Shown: piece after piece, positions 14,701 to 29,700 of the stretch | Layout: every line of letters begins with the position of its first letter | Position numbering within the stretch: position 1 is the first letter of the stretch | Origin: Callorhinchus milii | Lineage: Eukaryota | Reading direction: 5' to 3' | Assembly (NCBI RefSeq): GCF_018977255.1 | Contig: NW_024704742.1 | Coordinates: 118,606,001-118,670,000 of the forward strand | Length of the DNA stretch: 64,000 bases | Translations under genes and position numbers: made by a program | Notes under the pieces: model-generated | Databases searched by the model: none | What the model saw: the letters and a program-made list of their open reading frames with translations, nothing else | What the model was told of the DNA's origin: nothing

Positions 14701-17700
14701 TCAAATGCAAGGATTATTTTTATTATTATTAAATGTAAAGTGAAGGTAGATTTTATAGGGCTTTGGAAAGGGGAAAAATTTAACCATTACAAATGCTATG
14801 GCATTACATATTGTAAAGCACACCCTGATTTGGGAGATGTATTTAATAAAAAATACACACACCGTAGATTGATCCAAGTAAATACAACTTTTCTCTTTAG
14901 TTTTTTTGGGGCTCTCCCTAATCTAACACAAATTCCTGTTGTTTAATTAGTTAGTGGGGAGGGGGGGTGGGAAGAAAGAGAGAAGGCAGTGAAGGAAAGG
15001 ATCCCAAACATCCAACACCAGAAAACCACAGTACCAGTACGTGCTGCATATCAACTTTACTATGCTGTTCTGCAAATCTTTGAATCCTTTTCCAGACTGT
15101 TTCAAACGATCATTTCCTCTTTCCCTCCCTATTGTGAAGTATACCGAGGCAAGGTCACAGGAATTTCTCTTGCTTTTATGTGCAATTTTGAATCACATTT
15201 GCTTATAATAATCCAAATAATCCTTACAATTGGATGGCGCTTTTCATATCGAGAGGACGTCTCAAAGCACTTCACAATAAAATGTAGTGAATGTGTGTTT
15301 TGGGGGCACATGGCTTCAAACTGAGATTTTGCCTATTATAAATATAAAACCTGCCAAATAACTATAAACATTTGTCTAATGAAAGAACCACCATTAGAAA
15401 TTATGGAAAACACTTTGGATATATTGAAATTAACCATTAACAAAACACCATCATGGATTTATATAGCACCCTTCAAGGTTGGTAGGACATCCCAAGGCAC
15501 CAGGCAATGGTTTGGACCCAAGCTGGGAGTTTGGAGCCAAGAGGGATGGAGGGAAAACAGGTGGCTGAATATAGGAAGGTCTTGAGACTGGCCTTGAAGG
15601 AGGCAAGGGGGTGGGACTCGGGATGGAGTTCTAGAGGGTGAGGGCAGAAAGGCTGACTGTCGATAGTGGGGCGGGCAGGACGGGGACATGGAGCAAGCCA
15701 GTGCCCACTCAGCTGAGGGAGTGGATAGATTGGTAAAGTTTGGTAGGTCGCAGAGGTAGGGAGAAGCAAAACTGTGGAGAGCTTTATAAGTGAGGATGAG
15801 GATCTTAAATTGAATCCTCTGAGGGATGGGGAACCAGTGAAGCCAGGTGAGGATGGGGGTGATCAGTTCACAGAGCTTGTTGCAGGAGAGGACATGAGCT
15901 GCAGAGTTCTGAATATTTTGCAGCTTGTGGAGGGAAGAAGTTATCAAAGTCAAGCCTGGACACAGTGAAAGCATGGATTTAATTAAAGTCGGATTTAATT
16001 GTCAAAAAATAACATTTTAACATTATGCTCTAATGCTACTTATGGAACTTAATGGATACAGGGTTTGTTTGGTCCATTCTCTACTCAAAGATAGATGGAG
16101 ATCTTTCAATGTATTCATGTAAATTATGTTATCTTTTTGAAAGTCCCACAGGAGACAATCAAGTTCTGAATTCTGTTCTGTGGTGAACATTGACAAACGA
16201 TAAGCATTTACTCACAGTAGAAGCTGCCTGCCCTTTAACAGTACAATGAGCTAATCACACTCAGCTGTTTACTGATTTATAAAAAGTATTGCATGTAGTG
16301 TGCAATTCATCGGCTGACCTCAGGCAGGAATAGAAGATGAAAAAGAAAGGCCCTGAACTCAAATAGAATGAGATCTAAAATGAGTGCATTTAAAAAATAC
16401 ATCCAGGCACTAGCACGTTATTGACAAATTTCTCTGTCAGAACCCACTCAAAAGTCCCACAATACTCCACGTGTACTTAGTCCTAATTAGCAAGAAGCTC
16501 AGACCCACACCATAGGAAAGTTTCCAAAAATATTTATTCAAGCAGTGCAATAAGAATCTTTTCAGAACTGAGAACCAGAGTAACTTCCTCTTCAAGTCAT
16601 ATACAAATAGAATTTCAGCTAGTTTTACACACCAAAGCAAGATTCCATCTTAGCTTGTCAAAGTACTGACATGGCCTTAGGTGGTATTTCGGTCTCAGTT
16701 TTAAAAAAAGTTTCCTCCAAAATTAAAAACCTAAGATTTCATCACAACTATATAAAAAAGGAGCTTCTAGTTATCAGGGCACGAGAGCAAGGATCAAACA
16801 CTGGTGCCAGAGAACATCAGGCCAGCCATCAGCCTCACAAGAGCACTTTGTGCTTAGGTAAACAGATTATTTGTTTTCAACTATTTAAATCATTCTTTAT
16901 TTAAATACAAGGAAATGTAATAAATGCAAAATTTTCCAAACACATTTGCTAAAGTAATGCTCAATTGTTCACATCAAAGTTATAATCACATTCTTGCATC
17001 ATCAATCATCATCACATTTTTTAAAAACAGAATTTTTAAAAAATCAATATTGCATTTTATTGGACAATAAAAACAAAAGATGAAGTTCATCTTATCTTGG
17101 CTTACAAAGCCAAGCAATCTTGGTTTTCTGTTAAATGCAAAGCAAATTCTTTTGTGCTGTAGTTGATCAGACAAGACAATAGATGTTTAACCTGAAACGC
17201 CAATATAAGGCCAACGTGTGTGCAACAAGCAAAATGATCAGGCAGGTTCCTCAGTAGATAGAAATGAAGCAAGTTACCAATAAGTCAGTCATGCTTCTCA
17301 AAGCAGGATACCTAGTCGTATTGTTCATTCACAATAAAGATCCTTTATGTCCAGGTCATTCTTCAAATTAATCTTTTGGAAAAAGATTATGGATCACTGG
17401 AGCACTACTGGCTTTTGAAAGCACGAGTTGCAGAATCATCCCACATCCTTTTGAGACTCAGTAAAATCTTGCAATATTATTCATGTTCTTGGATTGCAAT
17501 CAAGTCTCTTTTGAGACATCAAAACATCTGCTGGTTAACAGGATGAATCTTCCTAATCTTTTTCACACATACTTAATAAGTCCTTTAGTAATATTGCACT
17601 GCAGCAGCATTTTAGTTGGGTTATTGCCCATCTACAACTTTGCAGCTATAGATGCTAATTTCCTGCAAATTCTGTCATTGTGATTGTTGGAATACAGCTA

Positions 17701-20700
17701 GAATTATCCAGGTATTCACTCAATATTGCCTTTACCGGATTTGGATATGCAGGGATTCCAGGATTTACAATAATTGAAGTTCGCATCAGCGTCTCCTCTG
17801 TTCTTCATTTCCATTCTTGTACTTCAGGCTTGCCAGTCCCAGCTTTCAGACAATCACATTAACTTTTGATAACTTCAGACTTCGTAGCCCTTGAAACTTC
17901 AATCCCAGTTGCAATGCATTCAGCAACTGGAGCAAGGTGCAGTGACCAGCTTACTACTGCCACCTTATATTATCTATCTGACAAAACCTGCATCCTCATT
18001 CAAACAGGGCAGCAGACACTGCCTGAATTAATCTTAAGAATACTGAACCAGTTTTCTGAGAATAAGGCAATTTTAAAGCATCCTTCTTAGATATTGTTGC
18101 TTTTCATTTTAGGTTACTGTAAATAGGGTTGCAGCCTTGCCCAACTGCTCTGAAGAAATCTCACCTCTAGAAATTAACCCGGCTTAGTTCCAAATAGCCT
18201 TAAATCTGCTGGTCTCCAATACTTCAAAACAACTGCTTCTTAAGTCATAAGACCAAGAGGTTAAAAGACCGTTGCCATGGTAGCCTTGAATGCGAATTCC
18301 GAATATACTTGGTCAATGTTAATGCAATAAATCTGAAATTTCTTCAGAGGTTCAGGGTTATCTGAGCTCTCACTCCTTCCTATCTAGAAAATACAGTAAT
18401 AAACAAAGGTAAAATCTACCCCAAAATGTTATTTATCAACAGTTGAACCAATTACAATATATACTGAAGTTTAAACATATTAAATTATCCATTAGAGGGT
18501 GGTCCAACCTTTTGGATGCTGAGGGCTGGGTGCCCTGCGGGCCACATAAACAATATTTTTGTGTTTCCCTTCCAGAAACATAACGTTTATGGGTAATGGA
18601 CGGATCGGGTGGGCCAGATGAAATGGATGGAAGCAGGGGGATGAAATCAGTTGGACCACTCTGCTTCGGAGTGGAGCATTAACAGAGTAGAATCAAAACT
18701 CAAGCAACTTTATCCTCAATATAGATATCAAGGTATTTTCACTAAAAACCATGCACTGGACAAAATATTGAAAAAGGTCTCTGACTTTGACCTTTACTCT
18801 ATTGCATTAATTCAGTCTCAATCAATGTACCGGGAAGAACTCGGATGTGCAAAATTTAATTTGAAGGACAACAACAATTGGAAGAATAATTAATTATCTG
18901 GACTAAATTCAAAGGGGAAGGTGATTGGATTATGCAGCAATTTTTGACACCTGATGAACTGATTTCTCTGCCTTACAGATAGCAGCCAAGAAGGGGTGGA
19001 GATTCATGTTGTAACTAATAAAAGTTCTTTAAACAAGCCTACAAAAAAGGGGGCTATCCTCATCTGCAGCCAGATAACTGGAAAGGTAAGAGTGCAATAT
19101 TTACTAGACTTCAGTTCAGTGTACAAGTTTTTGAGAATCTTTCCAGAGTAGAGATAGGGTCTCCAATTTGCAGCAGATTTTTCCAATTCGTTTTCTAAAT
19201 TTCACCAAGTGGTGCCATTATGATTAAGAGACCTTATAAAATTCAGATGTTCATTGTTCTTCATTCCTTTCAGAAGATACAGTTGTCAACTATTTTACAG
19301 TTCTGAGAGAAACCCTCCCTTGTGGACAAGAATCCATTTTTAATAATAATAATCCTTGCATTTGATATAGCACTTTTCACATCTAGACGTAACAAAGTGC
19401 TTCACAGAATATACTGTAAAGTGAATTGACTGCATATTTGTAGGCGAAACACAGCAGCCAATTGTGCACAGCGGTGTCCCACAAACAATTGTGGATTGAA
19501 GTGACCAATTTATTATTGTTTTTTTTCTTGAGGGATTATCATTAGGCATGTGGAGTACGGAAACTTGCCCAGGGTTTTGCCCTACCGGGAATTGAACCCA
19601 GGTCTTTCGCTTGCCAGGTGAGTGCTCTGACTACTGAGCTACAGGCTTTTCCTGCCTATGAAATACCAATCAAAAATTATCACACAATTGGGGTGGGTGG
19701 GGGGGAAGATGAAATGAAAGAGAAGAGAGGGAGATAAATAGTTTGCATAATTGCTACCTGGGGATCAGAGAAATCTTCTATTGCTTCCCTGGACTTGGGT
19801 GTAGTGTTAGACAAAGAGCCTTTGTCAGAACGCTCAAGCAGCCATATGAAATATCAGTATAGATTTCCAATAGATCAGACATTGACCATAGCCCAAAAGA
19901 GAATCTTATTTAACACACATCCATGGGAGACATCTTTTGAACAGTGAGGGTACATAAGGCTATAAAGCTATGGTTTAGTTCCAATGACTGTCTCAGTCCC
20001 CTTCATGCATTACCAGTGACATATCATCCAATTGACAGGAGCAGGCACTTTGTAGCCAGAGGTCTAGAGCATCAAATACTCAATTTTTCCCACACAATAA
20101 TTTTACATATAAAGTGTATGAGTAACACTGCTGGAGGCTGCGCTCTTCTCCCACCCACTCCCAACCTGCAGAGTACCTTGTGAAAATGCTTCGTAGCATA
20201 GGCAACCCTATGCTAAATAGACAAAGGTGAGTAAAGTCATGATGGCTGCACTTTGCTGGATACTCCAGAGTAGTTCATATACCACAAAGTGCATGGGTAC
20301 AAACAATCATCCTTAGAAGACAGTTTATGGGAAGATACATGGGATGACTACACTGTCCTGCAACTTTTGAATATCAGTTTGCAGAGGCAGGTCATCCTGG
20401 ATCTTCCTTGAATACAAATAAGACAATTCAGCAACAGGCAGCTTTGAGGCATCTGTTCTGGACATTGATTGAGAAGGCCTTTCTGCAGCTTTGAAGAACC
20501 TTAAAAGTAGGAACTGGCTGGTGACAAGCGAACCATCTAAAACTCTCATCAATTGTGATACATTTGTAAACTGAACAGAGGCATAATATTGCTATTATTG
20601 CTGATGAATGAATGCAGCACTCCACAGATGAATTACACAGTGTGGAATAGAAGAGTACTCATTTCTACTATCCCTAAAATTCTACAGCTGAGTGTGGAGG

Positions 20701-23700
20701 TAGGTGACCTGCCTCCAGGCCAACAATGCTACTCAGTAACAAGTTGCTTGCTTGGTGCATCAGAATAACCAGGGTATTTCAGCTGCAAATTATTAGTCCC
20801 TTCATCATTGTTGTATAAAACAACCAGCTTGCTTTAGAAAGCAGTGCAATGACAATGAACCCAATTCTCTAATAGTCAAGGAAGTTTAGACTTGCAGCCA
20901 AAAAAATACCTGTGCCAAATATGAGATTTAGCAAAGTACATAAATATGTTGGTAAAGCAATTCTCCCCATCTCCAGTGAGGACATAAGAGTATTTCAAGA
21001 TCATATTTTATTAACAATATTTAATATTTAAATATTTAACTAAACACATCAATGACTGTAAATAATAACCTGGCATTATAAAAGTTATTTCTTCTGCAGG
21101 AGATCCAACTTCAGGGCTTGCAAGCTTGTGTCATCTAGCAACATCACGTCATACCAGAAGAATGCTTTTTGCACTTGTTCCAATTTTATCCCTGGTTCAA
21201 GAAAGCAGCAGTGTAGCTCAGCCTTCAGACATACTTTCAGAAGGCAGCTCTTTCACTAACCCACCTGAAGCCACTATTAAGTAGCCTGGACATGGATAGC
21301 GTGCAGAGCAATATTCATGATAGAAAAAAATCTATAATTCAAGGATAATCCCACCCTTCCAAGTGGAAGGTGAACTCAATAAGAGGTGGCAGTATTCAGA
21401 AGTAGGAAGTTTATAGAGAAGTTATACAAGATTGACCAAGAAATCTGAATGGTGGACGAGCAGCCTTTGCGCTTACCTGCAGTTGCTGCGATAATGTGTC
21501 TCTCTGTGCCTCAAGCTCCCTAGCTCCTTCAATATCCTTCTTCAGTCTCTCAATTTCCTAACATAAAAATAGGAACAGTATGTTAGTATAAGCACAGTCA
21601 TCTTGCAAAAGTGAAAAATAACAATAAAATGTCATGCCACTGCACAAATATTAATCAATCTCTGAAAATTGAATTTTTCCTGTTCAGAACTACATTTCTC
21701 ATTCCTCGCTACTAGGAAGAGTAAAATTCGAAAGCTAATGGGAAGAACAAACTTGGGATCAGTTTGGCAAAGAAACAAAAAAAATAAGATTAGTTTGGAT
21801 GAAGACCATTTGATCCCATCCAAATCAACAAGTCTACATTCTTACATTTGAAACAGCTTATTTAATACACAAAGATACATAGAGAAGTTTGGACAAATTA
21901 TTGGGAACCACAATTGTATGCAGTGAAGTTTTTGCAGTTTTCTGTTCAAAGTATTTTTTCATTAGTCTTTAGATCAATTAATCAACACGTAACAGATATT
22001 GGTTTACAGTAATAGTTTTCTGGGGTCAGGAGGCTTCAAGATCAATTCCCAGGATGGTTTCAATTAAAGTACTATAATTAACACATTCTGAGCTCCAATG
22101 TGGATCGATTAAAGTAACTGGTCACTAGGACCAGCGAGGAACACCAAACGTATTCAGTTTTTGATAATGCTGGAAATGACGAGATCCATGTCAAATCGTT
22201 GTAATGATATCAGCTAGCAGAACAAGTAATTTGAACACATTGCTCTCTTAAACTTTTTCCTCTCACACAAATCAGTTGGAAGCCATTCTTTGTATACAGC
22301 ATAACAAAAGAACTTTCGACAACAAATTAAAGGTATCAGACTAAAAGGATTCACAGCTTTTAATGGAATATGAAAATCAATTAATATGAAATCTGTTTAC
22401 ATGGTTTATACAAAAACTTCACACATGTTGCTTACTTTGTACTAGGGTGGGTTATTATTGTATTCCAAAAAGTCAATCTGAGTTAATAAGCCTTTGCTGA
22501 ATTGCACACAGTGGAAAGCCAGTACTCTATTGTCAATTACCAAACTTAAGTTTTCCAGAATTTATGGGTATGAGAAAAGCACAAGTGAGAGAGTTTGGAT
22601 TAGGGTTAAAGCACCTGAAACATGGACGAGATACAAGGCAACTTATACACACGCAAAATGTTTTTCAACATGAATATAGAAGTTTGGAGAAAGTAATATT
22701 TTGTCCTTACCTCCTCTTTGTCTCTCATTTGCGTCTCAAGTTCTTCTATTGTTCGGTTCAATTCAGTCTTGTGCGTCTTAAGCACATTTGCCTGGCCGCT
22801 CAGGCACTCCAGTTCAGAAACCTGAATGTTTCGAAAATCAAAATTTAGCAGAGCACACTTTTTCTAAATAAAAGTACATCCTGAAGAAAACTATAATTTT
22901 GCAAACAAAGTACATTGCCCCCAAACTCCAATAAATCCCCATTTGAAGTCACAAAATTAAAAATAACTTGGAAAACTGACGGTGACTTTAATATCTTTAC
23001 TGCATTACTATACAACAAATGGTTACCTAGTGGGTTTGAGATCTACTGTAGTACCATGACCAATATACCATAGAGTAAAAAAGATAAATTTTCCCACACT
23101 GGCAGGGAAGCTGGCACAGGAAGGCTCTGCACAAGTCACCACAAGCTACTCTTGCAGGTCTACTAAGCTCGTTAAAGTGGTAACTTGTATTGCTACAGGT
23201 CTACCCATAATAATAATAAGAGCAGCATTTAATGCAACACCTCACTAAGTCATTCAGATATCTCAAAGTGCTTCACCGAATATATTTTTCAGTGGATTGA
23301 CTGTGCATTTTGTGGAGGAAATACAGCAGCCAATTGATACAGTCACAAACAGTCTTGGAATAAATGACCAAAATTTTTTTTTCTTGTGGTGGGAGAAGAG
23401 AATTATTACCCTCTGAAAGCGATCTGCCAATCAACTAACAACCAGGTTCCTAGTTACTACTAGGTAGAGAGGCGTGTGGAGTAAGAAAATTTGCCCAAGT
23501 TTCACCCTAGCTGAGAATCAAACCTGGTCCTTGCAAGGCCAGCAAGCTAACTAACTACAATGGTACCCATCATCCAAGATGATCAGCATGTGGTTTAAAA
23601 TAAATGTTCCTACATATAAGACATTGTTGTGCTGTTTGCCACCATCCAACATATTGGGAAAAAATAAATAGGCATTTTCTCTTCATTTAACATTTATACA

Positions 23701-26700
23701 GCCACTGATCATTCAAACCAGACTTTACTCTAATTCAATTAAGATACTCTGCCTGCACCACCTTACTTATATTAACTCATGTAGGAGCCCTAGTTGTAGG
23801 AAGAATAGTTCTGCAAAAATTGTGAAGATGGAACAAAGAATTAATGAGTGTCATTTGAGGGCTCCAAATGGCTGATCTCCACCATACAAGACTCGCATAT
23901 GTATGTCAGAAGGTACTGAAAACTCTACAAGCCATGTCCATGGCCACCCGCTTGATCTGGTGATTACCCGGAACCTCAGCATCTCGGACTTCACCGACAC
24001 TGATAAAGCCATCACAGACCACTACTTCATCTCTCTCAACTCCTCAATCAATCCACTGCCACCCAACCCACCTCCATCTCCTACTGCCCCAAGAAAAAAA
24101 ATCTCCTTCCACTCCCTCTCCACTGCACTGGAGTCATCTGAACTCTTCACCCTCTGTGCTTCCTCTCGCAATGACTTATCCTCCTCAGTCACCTCCACAA
24201 CTCCCTTTTCCTCAATGCCCTTGTGGCCCTCACCTGCCAAAGTACCTCCTACTCATGCAAGTCATCCTGGTACACCAGCCATCTCTGTTCCTCCACTACC
24301 TTAACCCTCAGGCCAACAAAACCCTCATCCATCCATACATCACATCTAGGCTCGGCTACTCCAACTACCTGCTTGTCGGCCTTCCCAACTCTTCCCTAAA
24401 CAGGTTGCGGATCATCCAGAACTATGCAGCTCATGTCATCTCCCTCACCAGACTCTGTGACCCTATCACCCCCACCCTTGCCCAGTTCTATATCCCCCAG
24501 AGGATAGAATTAAAAATTCTCGTCCTCATCTTCAAGGCCCTTCACGGCCTTGCTGCTTCCTACCTCTGTGACCAGCTAACCCCAAATCAACCTGTCCGTT
24601 CCCTCCGCTCAGCAGGCTGTGGCCTGCTCCACATCCCCCGCCCAGCCTGCCCTGTTATCAGCAATCAGGCCTTCAGCCTCTCTGCCTCCACCCTTTGGAA
24701 CTACATCCCACATTCCCTTCACCCACTCCCTCCCTTGTCTCCTTCAAGGCATGTCTCAAGACCCTCCTCTTCGACCGCACCTTCGGCCACCCTTCTACCA
24801 TCCCTGCCCACCACCCTCCATGATTCCCCCCCCCCCCCGGGTCCAAATTCCTGACTGCCCAACGCTTTGGGACATCCTCCCAATGTGAATGGCACTTTAT
24901 AAATGTAATTTTGTATTGTATTAATGTTTCCAATCACTTATACTGCATTATGTGCAATCACGATACACGATTCTGGCAAGCGGAGAAAGACTATCCATCT
25001 AAAGCCACTCTCAATCTATTGGGTATTTTAGTAACCATTCCTAGGATAACTCTGATGAATCTCCTTAATCCTCAATTAATATCTGCATGTTAAATCACTG
25101 ATCAACAGAAAAAGTTCTCTTTGGTCTACCCAATCAAAATCATTCATAATTTTCAAAATCTCTTTCAGATTCCTCCTTGACTCCATAAAAAGTCACAACT
25201 TTCAACTTTTTTCTCCACATATCTATAAGCTTTTTGCCTTCGTATCATCCTAGTAAAGCTGTTGTACATTCACGATGACCGATAGCCTCTCTTAATTGGA
25301 CAGAAGGCTCCAGCTGCAGCCTAACCAATACATTTTACAAATATAACATTACAACTTAAACCTAAGATTCAATGCTATTCCTGTTCAGTGCTTTGAGATG
25401 CCCTCCCAAAGTGAAAAGCACTAAATCAAAAGCAATGATTTTTTTTTTTTTAAAAAGATATACAGGACGACCCCAATTTAATACAGCGCTCTGCATCCAC
25501 ACAAAAAAAAAACCATGTTGACTCCTCAATACTTCTGGATCGTCAGGTCACTACCAATGTCAATTCTGGTTTTCAGCATATATTTATCAGTTTCCTGCAT
25601 GCACTTGCACAAAACCAGCCAATTCAATAAAGAAGCATTCTGCATTTTGGTAACACAAATTCACATATATAAAAGATGCAAAATCATAGCACAGAAGGAG
25701 GCCATTCGGCTCATCGTGTCTGTGCCGACCCTTTGAAAACATTCTTTGAAAAATATATAAAAGATTTTTTTTATTAAAAAGGCATTTGGGTTCATTTATC
25801 TTCCCCACCATCACCACTCTTTTGGCTCAGAGTGGTGTCTAGCTGTCAGTCCTATAACTAACTGAGTTACAACATCTTTTACAGAGATTAATCAAAACAT
25901 TTTTTGGTAAATGACAGTTTCTTGGGCTCTGCTTGCACTTGCAATTAATTAAAATTTAGGATATAAAAAAAGTTTATTGTCCATTTGACATACTAGGTCA
26001 AATTGCATGCTTATTACCAGTCCAATCACTTACAAGTCTAATTTTGATACAGAATCGAAAACAGGTCCATATTTGTTAAACTCAATCTACTTTTGAAAAA
26101 AATAGATTTCAGACTTTTTTTTTGGCTAGTGCTATACTTTATAAAAGTCATACCAGGTCAATTCAGAGCCTAGACAGTTTTTTTAAAAAATCATATGTAG
26201 TTTTAGCCGCCAAAATGTTTCAGCCAAATCAAGCAAAAACATCTCCAGCTAAGGAAGAGAACATTGGAGAGTAAGCAAGACCACTATATGTCAAAAAAGA
26301 GTCGGAAGTTGGTTAAATCTAAAATTTAAGATTGGTTTGGATGAAGAAGGTCCTTCTTTGGCTCATTTGATCTAATTTTTCCATAAAACCCGTTCAACTG
26401 TTCCCATCACAGCAACATTTTGTTTTAAAAAATGAGTTTAGGGTCCTGACCTCAACTACCCTTCCTAGAAATCTGTTCCAGTTGTTAATTCCTCTCTTAC
26501 CAATTGCTTTGTAAGAATTTGGCTGTTTATTCAGATTCCAGTTTCCCCCACTTGGTGTAAATCTGCAAATTGAATTAACTTATTCTGGCTCTTCCAATCA
26601 AGAACATTTTTCACCCACATACAAAAAGAGTCACAGTACAGACCTCTAAGATGCACTGCTTAATACCGTCCTCCATTTCGACCTAGCTCCCCTAACGACA

Positions 26701-29700
26701 CTTTGCTTCTTCCTTTCAGCAAATTCCAATTTGGTGTCCATGCCTTGCCCTTGATACCCAGTTACTTCAGTTTGTTAGGGGCTCTTTCACATAGTACTTT
26801 ATCAAAATGCCTTTTAGACATCTAGATATGCTATATCATATGGTGTCCCACAGTCAACTTGGTCTGTCATGCAAGATTGGTAGAGAAAAAATATTTCCAA
26901 TCCTATTTGGAGTCAGAGCAGAAGTGTTAAAAATGTTCACTCTTACTTGCCTATGGGTTTGTGGTCACATTAAAATGGTAAGACCTTATTTTATTAGGAG
27001 TTTATTAGGAAACTTATGTAATATAAAAACTTGATTTTTATAGTGATTCTTCATTGCAGGGATTGAACCACTTTCATAACAGCCCAATCACCTGCAGGTA
27101 ACTGAGCACCAGGCTTCTGTGATTCTCCCTCAGAATATACATTGGGAACTAAACTGGAGATCAAATCCTCCACCATTTTTCCCTCTCTTTTGGTGGGAGG
27201 GACCCAACACCTTCTGAACATCTCTTCACAGTTCTACTATAATGTTGGCAAGACATAGGGAGCCTATGGCATTTACCATAGCTGTGACAGTACATTACAA
27301 CTCCACACTGAACCACCATCCCATGTCCTGCATTAATATCATTATTATTATTATTTGCATTTGATATAGCGCCTTATCATGTTATCTCAAAGCGCTTCAC
27401 AGAACATCCTGTAAAGTGAATGGACTATTTTGTGGGTGAAACATATTGGTACAAAACAGAATCCCAGGGATCATTTTTGCCTCTGCAGCATTGCCAAAAA
27501 GTCTGATTAGTTGGTCATAACCATGTTGCGATTTGTGCTGCTTAAGATTATAGCACTTAATGCAGAGAATTGCATGACCATTTTAAATAAGAATTTATCA
27601 CGGGCTTAGTCATGGACTAATTTTCCAGTGGTGTAAAATTGCCTTATATTTTAAACTGAAACATGTACGATTAAGGAAATGGAGATTTATCTTCCACATT
27701 AAATATTGCAGCTCTGCAGGTCACTTTAATGCTACAATACAGCAATTTCAATACTATTTAACTTTGTGCATGGACAGGTTTTTGAAGTTGGTGTATTTTA
27801 TACAGTCACATGACACATTACCCTATAGCGTAAATTCAAACAATGCTGCAGCTATAACACTGCAGTAATCAACTCCCAACTAGGTCAGTTTAAAATCCAT
27901 GTTGGGCATATGGAATGAATGTTTTCCTCAGGGAGGAGCCAGTTTTGGTTAGGCCACTTTCAAAACAAAAATACCTCCAAGGGATTCCAAGAGAACTGCA
28001 GTTTTGGGATTATGAAGGCAGCAAGTGCCACTGATTTCTTTGCTAAGGTTCAGAAACATCAGAAAACTTTAAACTTGGGAAGAGCATGGCTATTTAATTA
28101 AAACACAAATAACAATGGTTACAGCCTCACACCACTTCACATAAACTGCACAACCAGACATCCTGCAAACTTATAACTAGACTGAGATCTGTACTCAAGA
28201 TCCTTTAAAAATAAATTAATTTAAATCATCCCAGTTAGACTTAGTTTGTAAGTAAGGATTTATTCGACTATGAATAGTCACCCACACTTTGGGAAATATC
28301 CTCCAGAGAGTCACACTTACCCTTTTATGCAGCCGTTCTGCCTCTTCCTGATAAGCAGAGAGTTGTTGTTTCCATTGTTTAACATTGGCAGTAGATTCCA
28401 GAAGTGCTGTTGTTAGCTTCGCATTGTTGTTTTTTAAGGTTGCCAATTCAGACTCCCAGTGTTTCCCTATTGTAGTGCTATATAAAATAACCAAACAGTT
28501 ACTATTAAGTATGGTTATGGGATTTTTAAAAATGATTTTAATGAATTACTAAAAATTATAATGACTGCACATTTGACATTAGCAAAATTAGTTACGTTAG
28601 CATGGATCAAAACATTTGAGGCAAAAGCTTTAACTTAATCTTTAAAAATAAATTAACTTAAATCATCTCAGTTTGACTTTATGTGCAAGGATTGATTAGA
28701 CTGAACAGTCACACATACTTGACACTAGTCTCTCCCCTCCTGTCCCAATCTTTCTCCTGAAAGTGGCAATTTACAGTTCTATGAACACCCCCTCTGGATC
28801 CTCAGCCATGTATGAACCTAGACTGGCAACCATTTACCATGGAAGAATCAAATCGTATCCAAATCCTGCCTTCACCAAATGTCCACACACATTCAGCTGA
28901 GTTAGCTAAACAGTAGTAACCTTCCCCGATTCCTTTTCCCTCCCGTCTCTCTATCACAAGTCCAGGGATACAAATACCATTTGTAGACTGCTTTCTTGGC
29001 TGAGATCATACGACTCAGATTGAGAATCACATGCAACATTCCTGATGTGCATGTGGGTCAATACAATAGCTGACAGTGCGTCTGCTAAGCAAAGCATGAA
29101 CAAGGTTTGGTTATAGTCTGACAGTTCAGATTTTCCTAGACAACATTTAGAATAATCTTTCTTTACCAAGGAACAAGGTTAATAATAATCCTTGCACTTA
29201 ACATTGCAAAACACTTCAGGCAACTGCTGTCAAGTGTTGTGAATGAGTATTTAATGTATACAAGAATATACTATTATTATAATACAGCAGCAGGAATTTA
29301 ATCTTTTTAATCTCATTCTTCCAACATTTCCCAAATTCTTGTTACAGACAAACATCTTAAATCTGAAACCATGGGTTTCCAGGATTATTCCACATTATGG
29401 TACCACTGTGATTGAAAAAATACTTTCAGCCAGTTCCACCCCTGTGTTCTGGAACACTACCAAATACATGTCAAAATTCCTGTAAAACCAATTTCAATAT
29501 AACATTTCCTTCTGAAGGTCAATGGCAATTATGAGGATGGCATGCCAACATTGAATAAGAGTGGGAATAGCAATTTGAGCACACCTCTGCTCAGCTTCCA
29601 ATACAAGGCACAATGAATGTGATGCTGGCAAATACCAGAAGGTGAGGAGACAAATCATGCCATGCAGTCTCAGTTGTCTCCTGGGAGACAACTATAGGAA

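Noticed and set aside
17100-18300. Possible highly degraded LINE endonuclease region on the minus strand (NSCFQKP-like motif)
   Set aside because: Only one weak motif and no continuous frame; needs a profile search
19780-20640. Possible decayed DNA-transposase sequence
   Set aside because: Could not recover convincing catalytic motifs or terminal inverted repeats by eye
24156-24854. Longest ORF in the track (232 aa)
   Set aside because: A frameshifted L2 ORF2 remnant, not a host gene
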